Assembly: GCA_905178155.1 (NCBI GenBank)
Contig: CAJINV010000001.1
Location: 6,047,860 to 6,111,859 of the forward strand
Length of the DNA: 64,000 nucleotides
Source: Amoebophrya sp. A120
Taxonomy: Eukaryota; Protista; Dinoflagellata
Direction: 5' to 3'
How positions within the stretch are numbered: position 1 is the first letter of the stretch; the number at the start of each line of letters is the position of its first letter. Under the pieces are notes generated by a model. The model had not been told where the DNA came from, did not search any database, and was given only the letters and a program-made list of their open reading frames with translations. The position numbers were made by a program, and so were the translations under genes. Positions 37,698 through 49,500 of this stretch are shown piece by piece.

Positions 37698-40619
37698 ATG
37701 TTGCGGCTTCATCACGCAGTACAAAAGGCTGCCTCGGTTGGCCGGGTAGAACAAGATGCTGTCAACAAGGACTTGCACTTGGTGCAGGTGGTCCCCCCAT
37801 CGGTGGCCCCACCAGCTGCAGTGCCTCTCGCTTCTCCGTTGCAGAAGCACCTGGTGTTGGTGGTGGACGTCTCTGGGTCGATGGGGACCGCTGTCGCGGC
37901 GGTGAACGAAAGCGGCGAGAAGGAAAACCACGGCTACTCGATCCTCGACTTGGTGAAGCACTCCCTGCTCACCGTGATTCAGAGCCTGGCCTTTGATGAA
38001 GAAAGCGAAGAAAATGAAGGCCGTCAAGAACCGCAGGGCTACTTTGAATACCAGCTGTCGCTGATCACGTTCACGCGCACGGCCTCGGTGGTGTTTTCGA
38101 AGCTCTCACTGCGGAATGCGGCCGCGAAGAAACGGGCCGAGGAGGCGGTGGCGCAGTTGCGGCCCGAATCCACGACCAACCTGTGGGCCGGCCTGAAGTT
38201 GGCGGTCGACCGGATCCTCCTGCCTGCGAACTCCGCGGACGAGAATTATCAGGGGGACGAAGACGACGCGGCCTCCACCACCACCGGGTCCAGCTCCGTG
38301 CGAGGAGGACCGACGACGACGACGACCGTTTCGGACGAGCCCGATGCGGAGCCGGGAGTGCTGCCAGCGGCCGCACGGAGGATGAATCTCAGGTTGCAGG
38401 AGCGCAACGCCGGTTCAGGTGCAACTGCCGGCACGACGACCCCGTATGAAGATCTGCTTGCAGCAAACACCAGCACGGAAGTGTGGGTGTTCACGGATGG
38501 CCAGCCGAACCAGGTGCCGCCGCAGGGACACGTGAAGACGCTCGAAACGTACCTCGAAAAGAAGAAGCTGCCCCAGACCGCCTTCACACTGCGCACCTTC
38601 GGGTTCGGCTACTGTCTGGACGCGAAATTGCTGGAGGATTTGGCCAAATTCGGCAACGGATCCTTCTGCTTTATCCCGGACGGGTCCTTCGTGGGCACGG
38701 TGTTTATCCACGCTCTGGCGTCCCTGCAAAACACGGTGCCGGCGCGGGCGCTGACCTTGCGCGCGCACGTGCTGCAACAGGGCGAAGCAGGCAAATTTGT
38801 GGCCGGCCCGCGCGGGGACGAGAACCACGTCGTTCTGCTCAACGTCCTCGGTGCGAAGGGGTTGCACGATGTGTCTCGGCGGGGGTACTTGGTCCCGAAC
38901 GACGGCGGGCGTGCGATGGAGATGTCTGTCCCGCTTGGGAGCACGCTGGAATACGGCCAGAGTCGCGAACTGGTGTTCGAAATCCCGCACGGAGTCACGT
39001 GCACCTTCTCGCTCGAGTACTTCGACCTTCGCACTATGCAGCCGGTCACGTGCCAAACTACGTGGTCCTCGTCCACGCAGGAGCCTCCTGTCGTGACGAA
39101 CGAGCCGGTCGCGCTGTTTCAGCATGCCCGCGCCCGGTTGCTGGCCGTGGACGCGTTGGATTACCTGGTCAACGAGGGTCTTCCGGGCTTCGGTGTAGAA
39201 AGCGGAAATCCCTCGTCCTTCGGCGGCACTGCAGGTGTCTCCAGTGGGCGCACTCCGACGCTGGAGCAGAAAGCAGCCTGTGTTGCCGACACGGTGCGCG
39301 ACATCAAGACGAATATTCTCGCGCAGTCGAACGGCGATGATGACGTGGTTCTTCCACTGCTGCAGGACCTTGAGGGCCAGGTTGCGGAGGCGGTTTCCCG
39401 CCAGGACTGGTTCAAACGCTGGGGCGAGTACTACCTGCGGAGTCTCAAGTTCGCCCACGTGTTGCAGAAGCGCAACAACTTCAAGGACCCGGGCGTGCAG
39501 GGTTACGGCAAGATCGCGCTTCCTGTTCTACTTGTTTCGGGCGACGTTGAGCAAGGGGTTCGTAGTACAACCTCCGCGTTCGACGGGCTGGTGGAGCGCG
39601 TGACGGACGTGTTCGTGAACCAGGTGGAGGCGCCGAAGCCGAGCAAGACGTACGATTCCTCTGCGCACTCCGGCCCGATCTCCATGGCGGCGTACAACAA
39701 CGCCCGCGGACCCTGCTTCACGCCGGACTGCCTCGTCCAGCTGTTCGACGGGTCTCTGGTGCGCGTGGACCAGGTGGCGAAGGGCATGTATGTGCGGTCG
39801 GGTTTGCAGCACCTGCCCATGCGGGTCAAATGCGTGGTGGAGACCGCGGGGCCGGGCATGAAAATCCTGCGCTTCGGGAAGCAGCTGAACAACCTCGGAG
39901 TCACGCCCTACCACCCGGTTTGCGTTTCGGCGGACGAGCTGCGGCAGATTGGGGCGACCTCCACGCCGCGCTCGGTCGCGAGTGACTCCACGACGTCGAC
40001 GGTGGCAGACCTTGACGCTGACGTTGAAATTAAAACCGTGGTTTCCGAACAACAGACCGAGGCCGTTGTAGCTACCCCGATGTTGAACAACGACCGCACG
40101 TGGGTGTTTCCGATCGATTTGGTTTCCAAAATGAACAACGCCGACAAGAGTACAGCTTCTTTCTTGTCCAGGTACAACAACCTCGAGCATGTTTTGACTG
40201 TGACGGATGAGACGAGTCATGACGTTGTCTACAATTTTATCCTCGAACGCCCGGGCAGCTCCGCCTTTGGCTCGGACAACAAGGTTTCTGTGCCTTTGTC
40301 TCCCTCGGCCACAACCAACGCGCCGGCTCCGCGAACTCCGCTCCGCACGTTGGGAGGTGAAGAGGCTGATGACAAGAACGGGGAAAAAAGCCAAGAAGAT
40401 CACACGATTGTCGTGAATGGAATTGTCACGTGCACCCTCGGACACGGACTGACGACGAACGAAAAGATCCAGCACCCGTATTTCGGGGACATGACGAAAG
40501 TTCTGACCGACTTTTCGCACATGCAGGGCTTCCAAGAAAAGGGTGTAGTCCGCCTGAATGCGCAGACCTGCTGCGTAAAGGACGCTAAATCGGGTCTTGT
40601 GGTCAGAATGGTGCAGTAA
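37698..40619 (+). CDS. Vint protein (vWA + Vwaint + Hint domain), intronless
   Basis: vWA: LVLVVDVSGSM, VFTDGQPN, TFGFGY.LD. Vwaint: GQVAEAVSRQDWFKRWGEYYLRSLKFAHVLQKRNNFKDPGVQGYG. Hint: GP|CFTPDCLV, VTPYHPV, WVFP, VYNFILE, IVVNGIVTCTLGHG, HPYFG. Confidence 0.9.
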   Translation: MLRLHHAVQKAASVGRVEQDAVNKDLHLVQVVPPSVAPPAAVPLASPLQKHLVLVVDVSGSMGTAVAAVNESGEKENHGYSILDLVKHSLLTVIQSLAFDEESEENEGRQEPQGYFEYQLSLITFTRTASVVFSKLSLRNAAAKKRAEEAVAQLRPESTTNLWAGLKLAVDRILLPANSADENYQGDEDDAASTTTGSSSVRGGPTTTTTVSDEPDAEPGVLPAAARRMNLRLQERNAGSGATAGTTTPYEDLLAANTSTEVWVFTDGQPNQVPPQGHVKTLETYLEKKKLPQTAFTLRTFGFGYCLDAKLLEDLAKFGNGSFCFIPDGSFVGTVFIHALASLQNTVPARALTLRAHVLQQGEAGKFVAGPRGDENHVVLLNVLGAKGLHDVSRRGYLVPNDGGRAMEMSVPLGSTLEYGQSRELVFEIPHGVTCTFSLEYFDLRTMQPVTCQTTWSSSTQEPPVVTNEPVALFQHARARLLAVDALDYLVNEGLPGFGVESGNPSSFGGTAGVSSGRTPTLEQKAACVADTVRDIKTNILAQSNGDDDVVLPLLQDLEGQVAEAVSRQDWFKRWGEYYLRSLKFAHVLQKRNNFKDPGVQGYGKIALPVLLVSGDVEQGVRSTTSAFDGLVERVTDVFVNQVEAPKPSKTYDSSAHSGPISMAAYNNARGPCFTPDCLVQLFDGSLVRVDQVAKGMYVRSGLQHLPMRVKCVVETAGPGMKILRFGKQLNNLGVTPYHPVCVSADELRQIGATSTPRSVASDSTTSTVADLDADVEIKTVVSEQQTEAVVATPMLNNDRTWVFPIDLVSKMNNADKSTASFLSRYNNLEHVLTVTDETSHDVVYNFILERPGSSAFGSDNKVSVPLSPSATTNAPAPRTPLRTLGGEEADDKNGEKSQEDHTIVVNGIVTCTLGHGLTTNEKIQHPYFGDMTKVLTDFSHMQGFQEKGVVRLNAQTCCVKDAKSGLVVRMVQ

Positions 40620-41977
40620 AATGACATGGTGAATGTATAAAAGAGAAAATGAAAATGATGTTAACTGCAATCGTGAAAAACTAGAAGAATAGGTTTTGAA
40701 GTGATCATGGCTTTGGTCGTGTTTCTCTAAAATGCATCAATTAAGATTTTGGTTTTTGCAAAAACAAAAATACTTAAAAAGAAATGAACAAGTATAATCA
40801 AGAATATCGAGCTGAATACTTGACGGGTTTTTTGATGACCCCTTATGCGAGAAACTACAGAACTTTTGCATGCCTCAACTTAGAACTACCACTAGACTAC
40901 TACAACACTAGGTCCACCTATTACTGCGTCGTCGCGACCAGTCTTTCTGTCTTTTCAGCGCTCACTTCATCAAGTGATCAGTTTAGGAGGAAAAGGAAAA
41001 GCCCCCTTGTCCCCTTTAGGGGGGTGGCTGAGCGACGAGTGTCATAGCACTCGATTGTTGCGAACTGTAGCAACCGTTTCTAACTTTTTTTATCGTGAAT
41101 GATCAGTGACAGTGAAGATGAACTTTTTATGGTTTTCTGGAATTATTGCCTGTGCGCAATATCAATGATTTATTTGATCCGAGGACATGGTTCTCCTTTA
41201 TGTGTTTCATTAGATGTAAAAGTTCAAAAATGAAAGTGATTTGCCTCCAGAAAGAAACCCTGAAATGAATTTTTGGCGTAAAAAATAGTGTATGAAAAGT
41301 CAGGATGCAACTCAGTTGGAAAAAAAGAATGCAGTTCGGAGTCAAGCGTAAGCGAGCGGGATTTTTTCGAGGTACCCCGCAGCTTGAAACAGGGCTACAG
41401 CTCGATGTTCTTCGGTATAAACTCGAAATCGTTCATCTTTATGGCCATTGATTTTCCGAGGAAGTGGGTGTTGATGCTACTAACTTAGCCACGCGTCGTG
41501 AAGATCGCTCTCGGAATCGTATGGTCGTGATCGTATTTCTTAGCGCCGTAACTAAGAACATTCAGAAATTAGCTTTAGTGTGTCTTTGATCGACTATTTA
41601 TAATTCGTTGTCGGCAACATTGTGTGGTACTACAAGTGGCTCTTGTTCGTGCGTTTTTCACGTTTGATTTTGTCGAAGAGTTCGAGGTGCCCCCAAGAGT
41701 GTAAAAACGGCTGTATCTTAATCTTATTCGCTCGACAAGCATTCGGTCGTTTCCGCTTTCATCCCCCATTGTCGTTTTGCCTTCTTCCAAAAATCGGACA
41801 GGCAATCTGCAGGACACGCCGTCTATCAGTCTTTCATCTATCCTCGCGCGGGCGCCTTTCATTGGATCTGAAACTCATAAAAAAAGCGAATTGTGCCGCG
41901 TGTAGTATTTAATTAAACTACTTGTACTTACCTCCCTAGCAGCGTGATCATCGCAAAGCTTGGTTCTCGACTCCATC

Positions 41978-43510
41978 ATGCTTCAGCGTGCTTCCACTCT
42001 ATTCCTGGAAAGTGATTTTTCCTCGGAGACAAATGCAACATGCCGCGGGGCCACGATCTTCGATACTATGTGGTCGACGTTCTCGTTCATAGGCAAAGGA
42101 GCAAATACCGGAGGCGGATTTTGTTCCGGGGTATTAGGACATCATCAAGACGAAAAATTACATCAGCTGGTGCAGGAGCATCATTTTCATTACCCCAACG
42201 TCGGGACAAAGTCCTTCGGAAAAAGAAGCGTAAGGACAGCGTTTCCGCCGGCGGAAGACGGTAGTTGTCGGAAGGCCGGGGCTATCAACTGTAAAAATGT
42301 CTGGGTCTGGAAGAATTCATGTTTGTCATGCTTGTCTGGCATGATGACTCTTAAATCTGTCATGGACGTTACCCAAGAGCTCCGCTTTTCTGTGATGCAG
42401 AGCCGCAGTTTGTCATGCTGAAGAGGCAACACCTAGGAGCTCAGAAACTTGTCATGCTGAGCCAGTATTCGTAGCCTCATTATGAGACGCCACCCAGCAT
42501 CACAAGTTTCCAGACCCAGACATGTTTACATTTGATAGGGGCGACAAACTCCTGCTTGTTGAAGGTCGTGCCAGGAGATTTTTTATCAACTGCAAATGTG
42601 TCTGGGTCTGGAAGAATGCAAGACTTGTCATGCTAGTCTGGCATGACTCCGCACTCTGTATTGCGTGGCCATGCAAAAACGCAGTTTCTCATGCGGAATA
42701 CGCAACACAGAAGCACGAAAAAACTTCTCATGCTTGGCTGCGCATTACAGTTCACTTTATTGTTCACTGACTTGCATCGCAAGTTTCCAGACCCAGACAT
42801 ATTTGCAATGCATGTTTTTATGAGGTAAACGGGATTCCGGACGTCCACGACGAAGTGGTCAAAACAGAGTATGAAACGCTCGTTAGCTGGAAAAATCTCA
42901 AACGGAACAATACCTGCTTCCATGACAGGCTGCAAGTGCAAAGTAACTCTAGTTTGTATTCTTTCTACTACTCAACCCTGCAGCTACTTTGCAAGACAGA
43001 CAATTTTCGACCGATATCAGTGCAGATGCGGTTTCTTTAGAGTTCCATGTTAGGGTTGACCATGTCATGCTAAACTAACAAGAACATAACGCGTACATTG
43101 CGACTACCGAGATCATCATGATGCGCATAATTTTCCCGGATCGCAATCACAAAAACAAATTGTTCTAGTTTAGAAATGGCTCCCTTTGACGAGCAGGCCA
43201 TACAAGCATCTGCGTGCCGCCTGGGCGAGTGGCCGAATACCAAAATTGGATGGACCAGACTCCTGAGTGGCGCGCGGCGAAGCGCAAGGCGCGCGAAGAC
43301 GCCGAGTTGCGACGGAAGCAGGAGGAGTGGAACGCATTGACGAAGGAGGAAAAGAATGAACGCGTGCAGCTCGCGAGGTTCGAAGCGGAAAAGGCCGCCA
43401 AGAGTCAGAGCAGCGACGACAAAAAGGAGGACCCTTTGGAGGTAATTAAAAAGAAGCTCAAAATAAAAATGTTTTCCGAAATGAAAAATGTCCGCTGTGC
43501 AAACTACTAA
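41978..43510 (+). CDS. Hypothetical protein with C-terminal charged helical region (multi-exon)
   Basis: Removing two introners gives a continuous frame: GSCRKAGATNSCLLKVVPGDFYEVNGIPDVHDEVVKTEYETLVSW. A probable GT-AG intron leads to the last exon RVAEYQNWMDQTPEWRAAKRK. Start and last junction uncertain. Confidence 0.55.
42283..42537. mobile_element. Introner family A, TSD ggggc
   Basis: tatcaactgtaaaaatgtctgggtctggaa...ttccagacccagacatgtttacatttgata with ggggc on both flanks. Confidence 0.93.
42584..42814. mobile_element. Introner family A variant, TSD ttttt
   Basis: tatcaactgcaaatgtgtctgggtctggaa...ttccagacccagacatatttgcaatgcatg with ttttt on both flanks. Frame is restored (PGDFYEV). Confidence 0.88.
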
Positions 43511-44158
43511 TCCTGCTCGCTGCAGGAGGCGGGGCGGAAATCGAAAGATTGATGCGATACATGTATGAAGATGATCCGTAAATAAGCTAAATCTAAAATA
43601 CAAAAAGTAGACCCAGAGTAGGATTCTCTGTTTCGTACCTACTGAGGAACGATGCAAAGAATCCTCTTCATTCGGTAACGATACAACAAACGGTTGTTTT
43701 TCAGAAAGATGAAGATCACAGGAATGTTTCGCCCTGTGGCTTGTGAAGCAAATCAGAATGTAGCAAACTTTTTGCAAATCGATCCAACAAGTGGTCCCAG
43801 ATCCTTGACCGAAGATAACGGATCGTCTATGTCAAATACCTACAGTACTAGATCTTCAGATTTACATCGGTTGAAAAAATGACCATTCTATGGGAGATCC
43901 TTGATGAACATGTGCATGAGTCTCTCCGTGTGTGTATGCGATCAAGAGGATCCAAATGAGCACCAGTGTCTTCTGATGTCACAACGCACAGGTCGAGCAG
44001 CTGAAGTTGCATGAGAAAGGATAGACGCGACAGACTTCTCCTGAAACGCAAAATTTTAAGAATTTGTTGACAAATATCGAGTATTGTTCTCACTGAAAAG
44101 CCGTACTTCTTCTTCTTCAACTTTCAATCATTTTTGCAGAAAAAAACAAGTATCAAGC

Positions 44159-45840
44159 ATGTCGTCGGCGATCTTGAAGCAGGTGGAGAGCCTGCTCCAG
44201 CCAGGCGAGCGAATCGTGACCGACGCCGAGCGAGAGGCGCAGGACAACGAGAGGAAGGCTGCGGCAGCCGCACCAAAGCGAATTTTCGACGTTCCTGCGA
44301 TCCATGGGATATGAACTGCAAAAGTATCGTACTAGTAGTAATTGCAATACAAATTCGCTCAACATGACAAATGGGCTTTGTCATGCTGATTTGCCTTAGG
44401 AACGAAATTTGTAATGCATGACTGCGATTACTACAACACGTGTACGATACTTTTGCAGAGCATATGGGAAGCTCGAGGAAATTCGGTACAAGCCAGCACC
44501 TAATACGAAGCACGTTCCATGTATGGAAGTGTCAGAATCGAAATTGACAAAATCGAAAAACTTGTGATGCATAAAATCGATACCAGTTGGAGCCTCAGTT
44601 TGCAAGCGGCGCATGACAAATTTCGGGAGCACCCAAATCCAGTCTGTCATGCTGTTTGGGCAAAGAAGACTGCTCCTGTCATGCTACTCTGGCAGCGCAT
44701 TGCATACTCCTAAACAGGCTTACAATCGGTCTCATTTGCCTGCTCCCCAATACAGGCCTCCAGTGCCCTACATTTTATGCATCACAGATCTTTCGACTTT
44801 GTCGATTTCGATCCTGACACATCCATACCATGGGTCGAGACCTTAGCAATCACCGCTGCAAAACCCCTGGACAAGACCCTGGTCAGCGAAGATGTAAAGC
44901 GGGAGCAGGCCTTTCTCGAGCAAAGTACAATTTTTTTCTGCGGTGAAGTTGTCTAGATTTTTTGCATAACTTGGAACAAGAAGTTTTTTCCTGCATTTAC
45001 TGTCATTGTGCAGCACCAGGCCATTAGGCCAATCTGAATTATTTTCAAAAGTGACAACTGACAAGGACAACGCATTTGATTTCTTTCTGTTCTCTCCAGG
45101 CAAAGAGCTGGTCGCAGAGGGGTACCGAAGACTCCGGGTAATGAAGATTCCAGCGTCTAGGCCAGAGGACTTCCTCGCAGAAATGTTCAAAACCGACGAG
45201 CAGATGCTGAAGGTGCGCAGCCGCATTGTGGAGGAGCAGAAACGCATCACCGGCGTGGAGGAGCGAAAACGCAACCAGGCCAACGCTAAGTTCGGAAAGG
45301 CCGTCGGCGTCAAGCGCATGGAAGCCCGGGCAAAACAGAAAAAGGCGACCTTGGAAGGAATCGAGAAATGGAAGTACAGTCTAGCTACTGATATGTTCTT
45401 CTACACACAGCACATTTTTTTATGCGTACACATGGGTTGCTGTTGCTGAACTAAAAGTTTTATCACAACCAGAACCGCTGCCACCAGAAGGCAGTGTAGT
45501 GCATCCATTTTGAAAAGTAAGTACTGGCGGCAGCAGCACATGCAGCCTGTAGATGAGATTTTCTATCGAGGAAACCACTCGTAATCTTAAAACTCACAGG
45601 TCCGACAAGGGAAAGGAATCCAAGTCTATCGAAGAGGTAATAGATGGCGTCAAGGCGAAACAGCGGAAGTCTGAAAAGAAGGGAAAAGGCAAGGGAAAGG
45701 GCGGAAAGGGTGCATCATCAGGAGCTAAGGGAGGAAAGGGCAAGGGTAAGGGCAAGGGCAAGGGCAAGGGCAAGAGCGGATCCAAGGGTAAGAAGGGAGG
45801 AGGCAAAAAAGGCAAAGGACGGGCAACGAAGAAGCGCTAA
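44159..45840 (+). CDS. EBP2: rRNA-processing protein EBP2 homologue (multi-exon)
   Basis: Spliced: AIHGKLEEIRY...VPWVETLAIT...DVKREQAF...RPEDFLAEMFKTDEQMLKVRSRIVEEQKRI...KFGKAV...KKATLEGIEKWK, then a Lys/Gly-rich tail. These are characteristic Ebp2 motifs. Confidence 0.9.
44310..44464. mobile_element. Introner, TSD tggga
   Basis: tatgaactgcaaaagtatcgtac...gtacgatacttttgcagagcata with perfect tggga flanks, inside EBP2. Confidence 0.92.
44522..44827. mobile_element. Introner, TSD ccatg
   Basis: tatggaagtgtcagaatcgaaattgacaaaatcgaaa...tttcgactttgtcgatttcgatcctgacacatccata with perfect ccatg flanks. Removal restores the conserved PWVE motif. Confidence 0.93.
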
Positions 45841-46561
45841 AGAGCGGACTGGTTCGCCCCTTTCCTTTGCATAAGAAAATGAACAAGCGATAATAGAGTC
45901 AAACACTCTTGGTGAACTGAATCACTTGTGCGTGTTACGGCAACAATCTGAACTAAAAATACGAAATGAACACTTGCTGTTGCTGCTACAACTGCTTGCG
46001 GCGCAGGAGCAAAGTCTGAAGCGATTATACTCGCTCATTGTAACGAAAGAGGTGTTTTGGTAGAAGAAGCGGAGCTACATGCTGGTTTTTCTTTGTGGTC
46101 TGAGCTGTTGAGGAGACAAAGGATCTACTTACTGTTTTTTGTATGGTGTCTGGACTGATGATCACGGGTGAGAAGATCTCAGCTTTAGTATACCACGACC
46201 ACGAGAAGGTAAAGAAAAAGAAGGATCCCAGCCTGATGTAGCAGGTGAGTACTCACACCGAAGCTAGTAGCGCAATGGGTTGTCCATGCGTTGCGTACTA
46301 TTGTAGGATTCATTTTGACAATACGAGTCTGATGCGACGATCTGGCTTTGCCTGCTCCTACAGTTTCTCTTTTATTCTTTCGCATGATCATCACTTTTCC
46401 GAACAGGACGTCATTGTTGTATTCGTATAGAAGCAAAGTTTCGACGTTCCCGTGTCCGTGCACCTGCAGATACAACATTTTAGTTCTTTGCAAAGGTAGG
46501 AGAATTACGTTTACCATTTGTTGGGAATAGTTACGGCCGTAAACCTTAAACCGAACAAAAA

Positions 46562-49500
46562 ATGCTTCTCTCGGATAAGATAAAAAGACGAAAAAATTGC
46601 CCAGGGGGCACCTGGTTTAGCCGTTGCCATCGCTTTGGTGTCGGTCATGTTCTCGCAGGTGCCGCACTCGGGACGCGGGGCTCGGACGGATCTTCTTTCC
46701 TCCGATCATCACCTCGGGGAGCGGCCTCAAATGCCGACCTTGGCATCGACGCAGACGCGGCGTCATCAGCTCGTCTCGGCACCGACGCACAAGAAGGTTC
46801 GACCAGGGGCAGTTCGGAGTACGAGCACGAAGATCATAGAGCCTTAGGCAGCGCTGCAGCAAATTCTAGTGCAGGAAGTAGTGGTCTACTGGGACGACGA
46901 AAAGCAGCTGCAATAGCCGCATCCTCCGCGGCCGGCGCACATCAGGATGGGACGACTTCCGCCCGCGCGCACGAGGAGAAAAAAGAACCTCTTAGTACAG
47001 GAGGTGAACGAATTTTTACACCTCCATCGATAATAACATACGCAGCTCCACGTCCACCTCCACCATCCTCGCTTGTTGCCCATGAAGGAACAGCCAGAGG
47101 GTCGTGTGTCTCGCCGCCTTTTCTTCCGGAGGATTCCCCTCTGTTGAGCTTCCATGAAGCAGCACTGAGGCCGGCGTGGTCATCCCCGAAGAGTAGTTCA
47201 TCGTCCTGCTACGAACAACAGCTACCCCCGCCCAATTGGGCTACTACTTCATCTCCTGCGGAGCACGACCAGCACTCGCATTTGAGTTGGACGTGGGCGG
47301 GGCTAGAGACCCGAGGCGGGGTGATCCGACGAACGACAAGCACCGCGAGCACGGGAATCCCGGAGGACGATATTACACCGACCCAGCCACAACAACTCAC
47401 GCCCGGTAGCTGTTCTTCCTCCAGCAGCACTGCCCGGCCGTATCTCACGTACTACCGGCCCTGCAGCAGCACGGGCGCCGCCACACCCATGAGTTGCACT
47501 TCCAGTCCGGGCCTGAGCGCCAGTAGTCGGGGTAGTCCGGATTTCGGTCTGCGAAAGCGAACTTCGTTCACTACTTGTGAGGAAGAGAAAAACGATTTTT
47601 CATTTTGTGGACGATCCCTCCAGGAGGACCGGCCTTACAAGCCTGACGCGGTGGAGGAAGCGGTCTTACTTGGTCTGCTCCCAGAACCAGCCGAAGGAGA
47701 GGCAGCGAAGATATGCGAGGAACTAGACGAGTTATTGCTGCCGCCGCCTGCAGCGCCTGCAGCCGACGGCACCTCCTGCGTCGTTGTAGACGGTTGCCTT
47801 TTGGCGTCCTCTCCGGCAGCGAGGTCGTTTCGACGTGAAGAGAGCCCGCCCGAAGACGTTCGAGCGGCAGGCGAGCAGACGAAAATGCCTTCAGCATGCT
47901 TGTCTTCGTTGCCATTTCTTGCAAAAGAAGACACCGAGGAGGAGCGTGAGGAAGCAAAAACTGTTTTCCGGGTGCTCAAGCAACGACTCCTGCCGAAATG
48001 TGGCGAGGGCTTCACGGATGAGCGGCCGCTGAATTTCTTCGAACGCAGTAGCTGCTGGGCGGAAGTGGGTAGTACGCAGCGAGGACGAGGAGCAGCAGCT
48101 AGTCCTACTACACAGCTCGACGACGTTGAGCTTGCTGAGGAGGTCGATTCTGAAGACGAAGAAGATCCTCTCGGGTTGTGGACAGGCGAGCGCGAGACTG
48201 ACCTGCCGCAGGAACTTGCATGCTACATTTGCCAAGGACTCTTCGAGGAGTCCGATGAGCAGCTTTACGAGGGCTTTCTCGGCACTGAGCACACAGGGAC
48301 GGAAGACGACATTGATACAGTGATTCCTCCTGCGGAACAAGAAGATGAGCGCGATGAGCAGGAAGAGCGGTGGGTAAACGATGCAGAGATGCTCGTGCGT
48401 CGTGGCATAGCAAAGTTGCACTCAGTGCTGGCCGCGAAATGCAGAAGGCGACGGCCGAATCATGACCCGGCGAGAGCGGACCAGGCGCAAGGTCACGCAC
48501 GGAATGCAGAAGTAGATGACCATCTTCGCAATATGAATGAGCAGGGACGACGAGCACGAGCTGTTCCATCAGCCAAGGCCGCTGCCATGTTGAAGAAGTT
48601 GCGGCGGCGCTTGGTGCGCTACTCCCGCTTGACGGCGCGGATACAGTGTAGCTTGGCGGAGATCCCCGCACAGTTGCTGGTGATGTCGCTAATTCTCAAC
48701 GGCGGAATGCCAAATGGCTTTTGTGACGTGCTGCGCATCCTCTTGTACCTCGTGGTAGATTTTTATCCCTTCTTCTGGGACGCGGAGACGGTGGCCAACA
48801 CGGAAGAAGAGGTGCTGTCCGTGATGCGAAGGACGCTGACGCTGCTAAGTCGGGTTGTGGTTCGGGCGGCGAACCAAAGCGCCGGGGTCTCTACGCCGGA
48901 CTCTCGGGAGGAGGAACGAAACTCGCAATACCGGTTTTGGGCCGCGCTACGAGAGGAGGTAGATCTGTTAACTGCGCAGGGTGGCGTTCGGGTGGAACAG
49001 CTGGCAAACGAAATCCAGTCGGCGCGGGAGTCCCTCTTTCGGTATTTGGAGAGCGGAAAAGTGGGGGACGCACTAGGGGATTGCGATTTGAGCAACCGAT
49101 TGTTTCGAGCAGAGGAGCTGCGCAGCTGTGTCCAGCAGCCTGCGGCGGGGGGAAAGAAAGCTAGGTCTACTTGTTCCAGCACCAGCAGTAGCAGCGCCTT
49201 CGATGACGACACCACTGCGGCAAAGCGGCCCGCATCTAGTATTTCTAGAAGAAAAGACCTCCTGCAGAGGGCAAGCCTCCTAGTTCGGCCCTGCAACTGC
49301 AAACAGAGCGTGGTGCACTTGCCTTGTCTGGAGCAGTGGCTGGCGCAGAAGTTCCCGAGCTCAACAGGTGGGTCATCCGCGAGTGGGAAGAAGTGCAGTG
49401 TGTGCAAGGAGAATTTGCCGCAGCGACTGCTGAACACGCTTCGAGACCAGCGAAAGAGACTGAGAGAAGAAATAGCCAAAGAGCTACAGCTGATTTCTGA

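Noticed and set aside
39714-40619. True intein or Hedgehog protein
   Set aside because: No terminal His-Asn/nucleophile junction, no homing endonuclease and no Hedge domain. The Vwaint context identifies it as Vint.
40784-41488. PARP-type zinc-finger gene (EYRAEY…EKSG)
   Set aside because: AT-rich sequence with no supportable splice path and no remaining Cys/His ligands.
42283-42537. Tc1/mariner-type TA target duplication
   Set aside because: The TA belongs to the inverted termini. The flanking 5-bp repeats explain the frames consistently across elements.
42190-42941. Minus-strand gene (…FVAPAFRQLP…, …FDHFVVDVRNP…)
   Set aside because: These two pieces are not in the same frame after removing element+5 nt, whereas the + strand gives one continuous frame.
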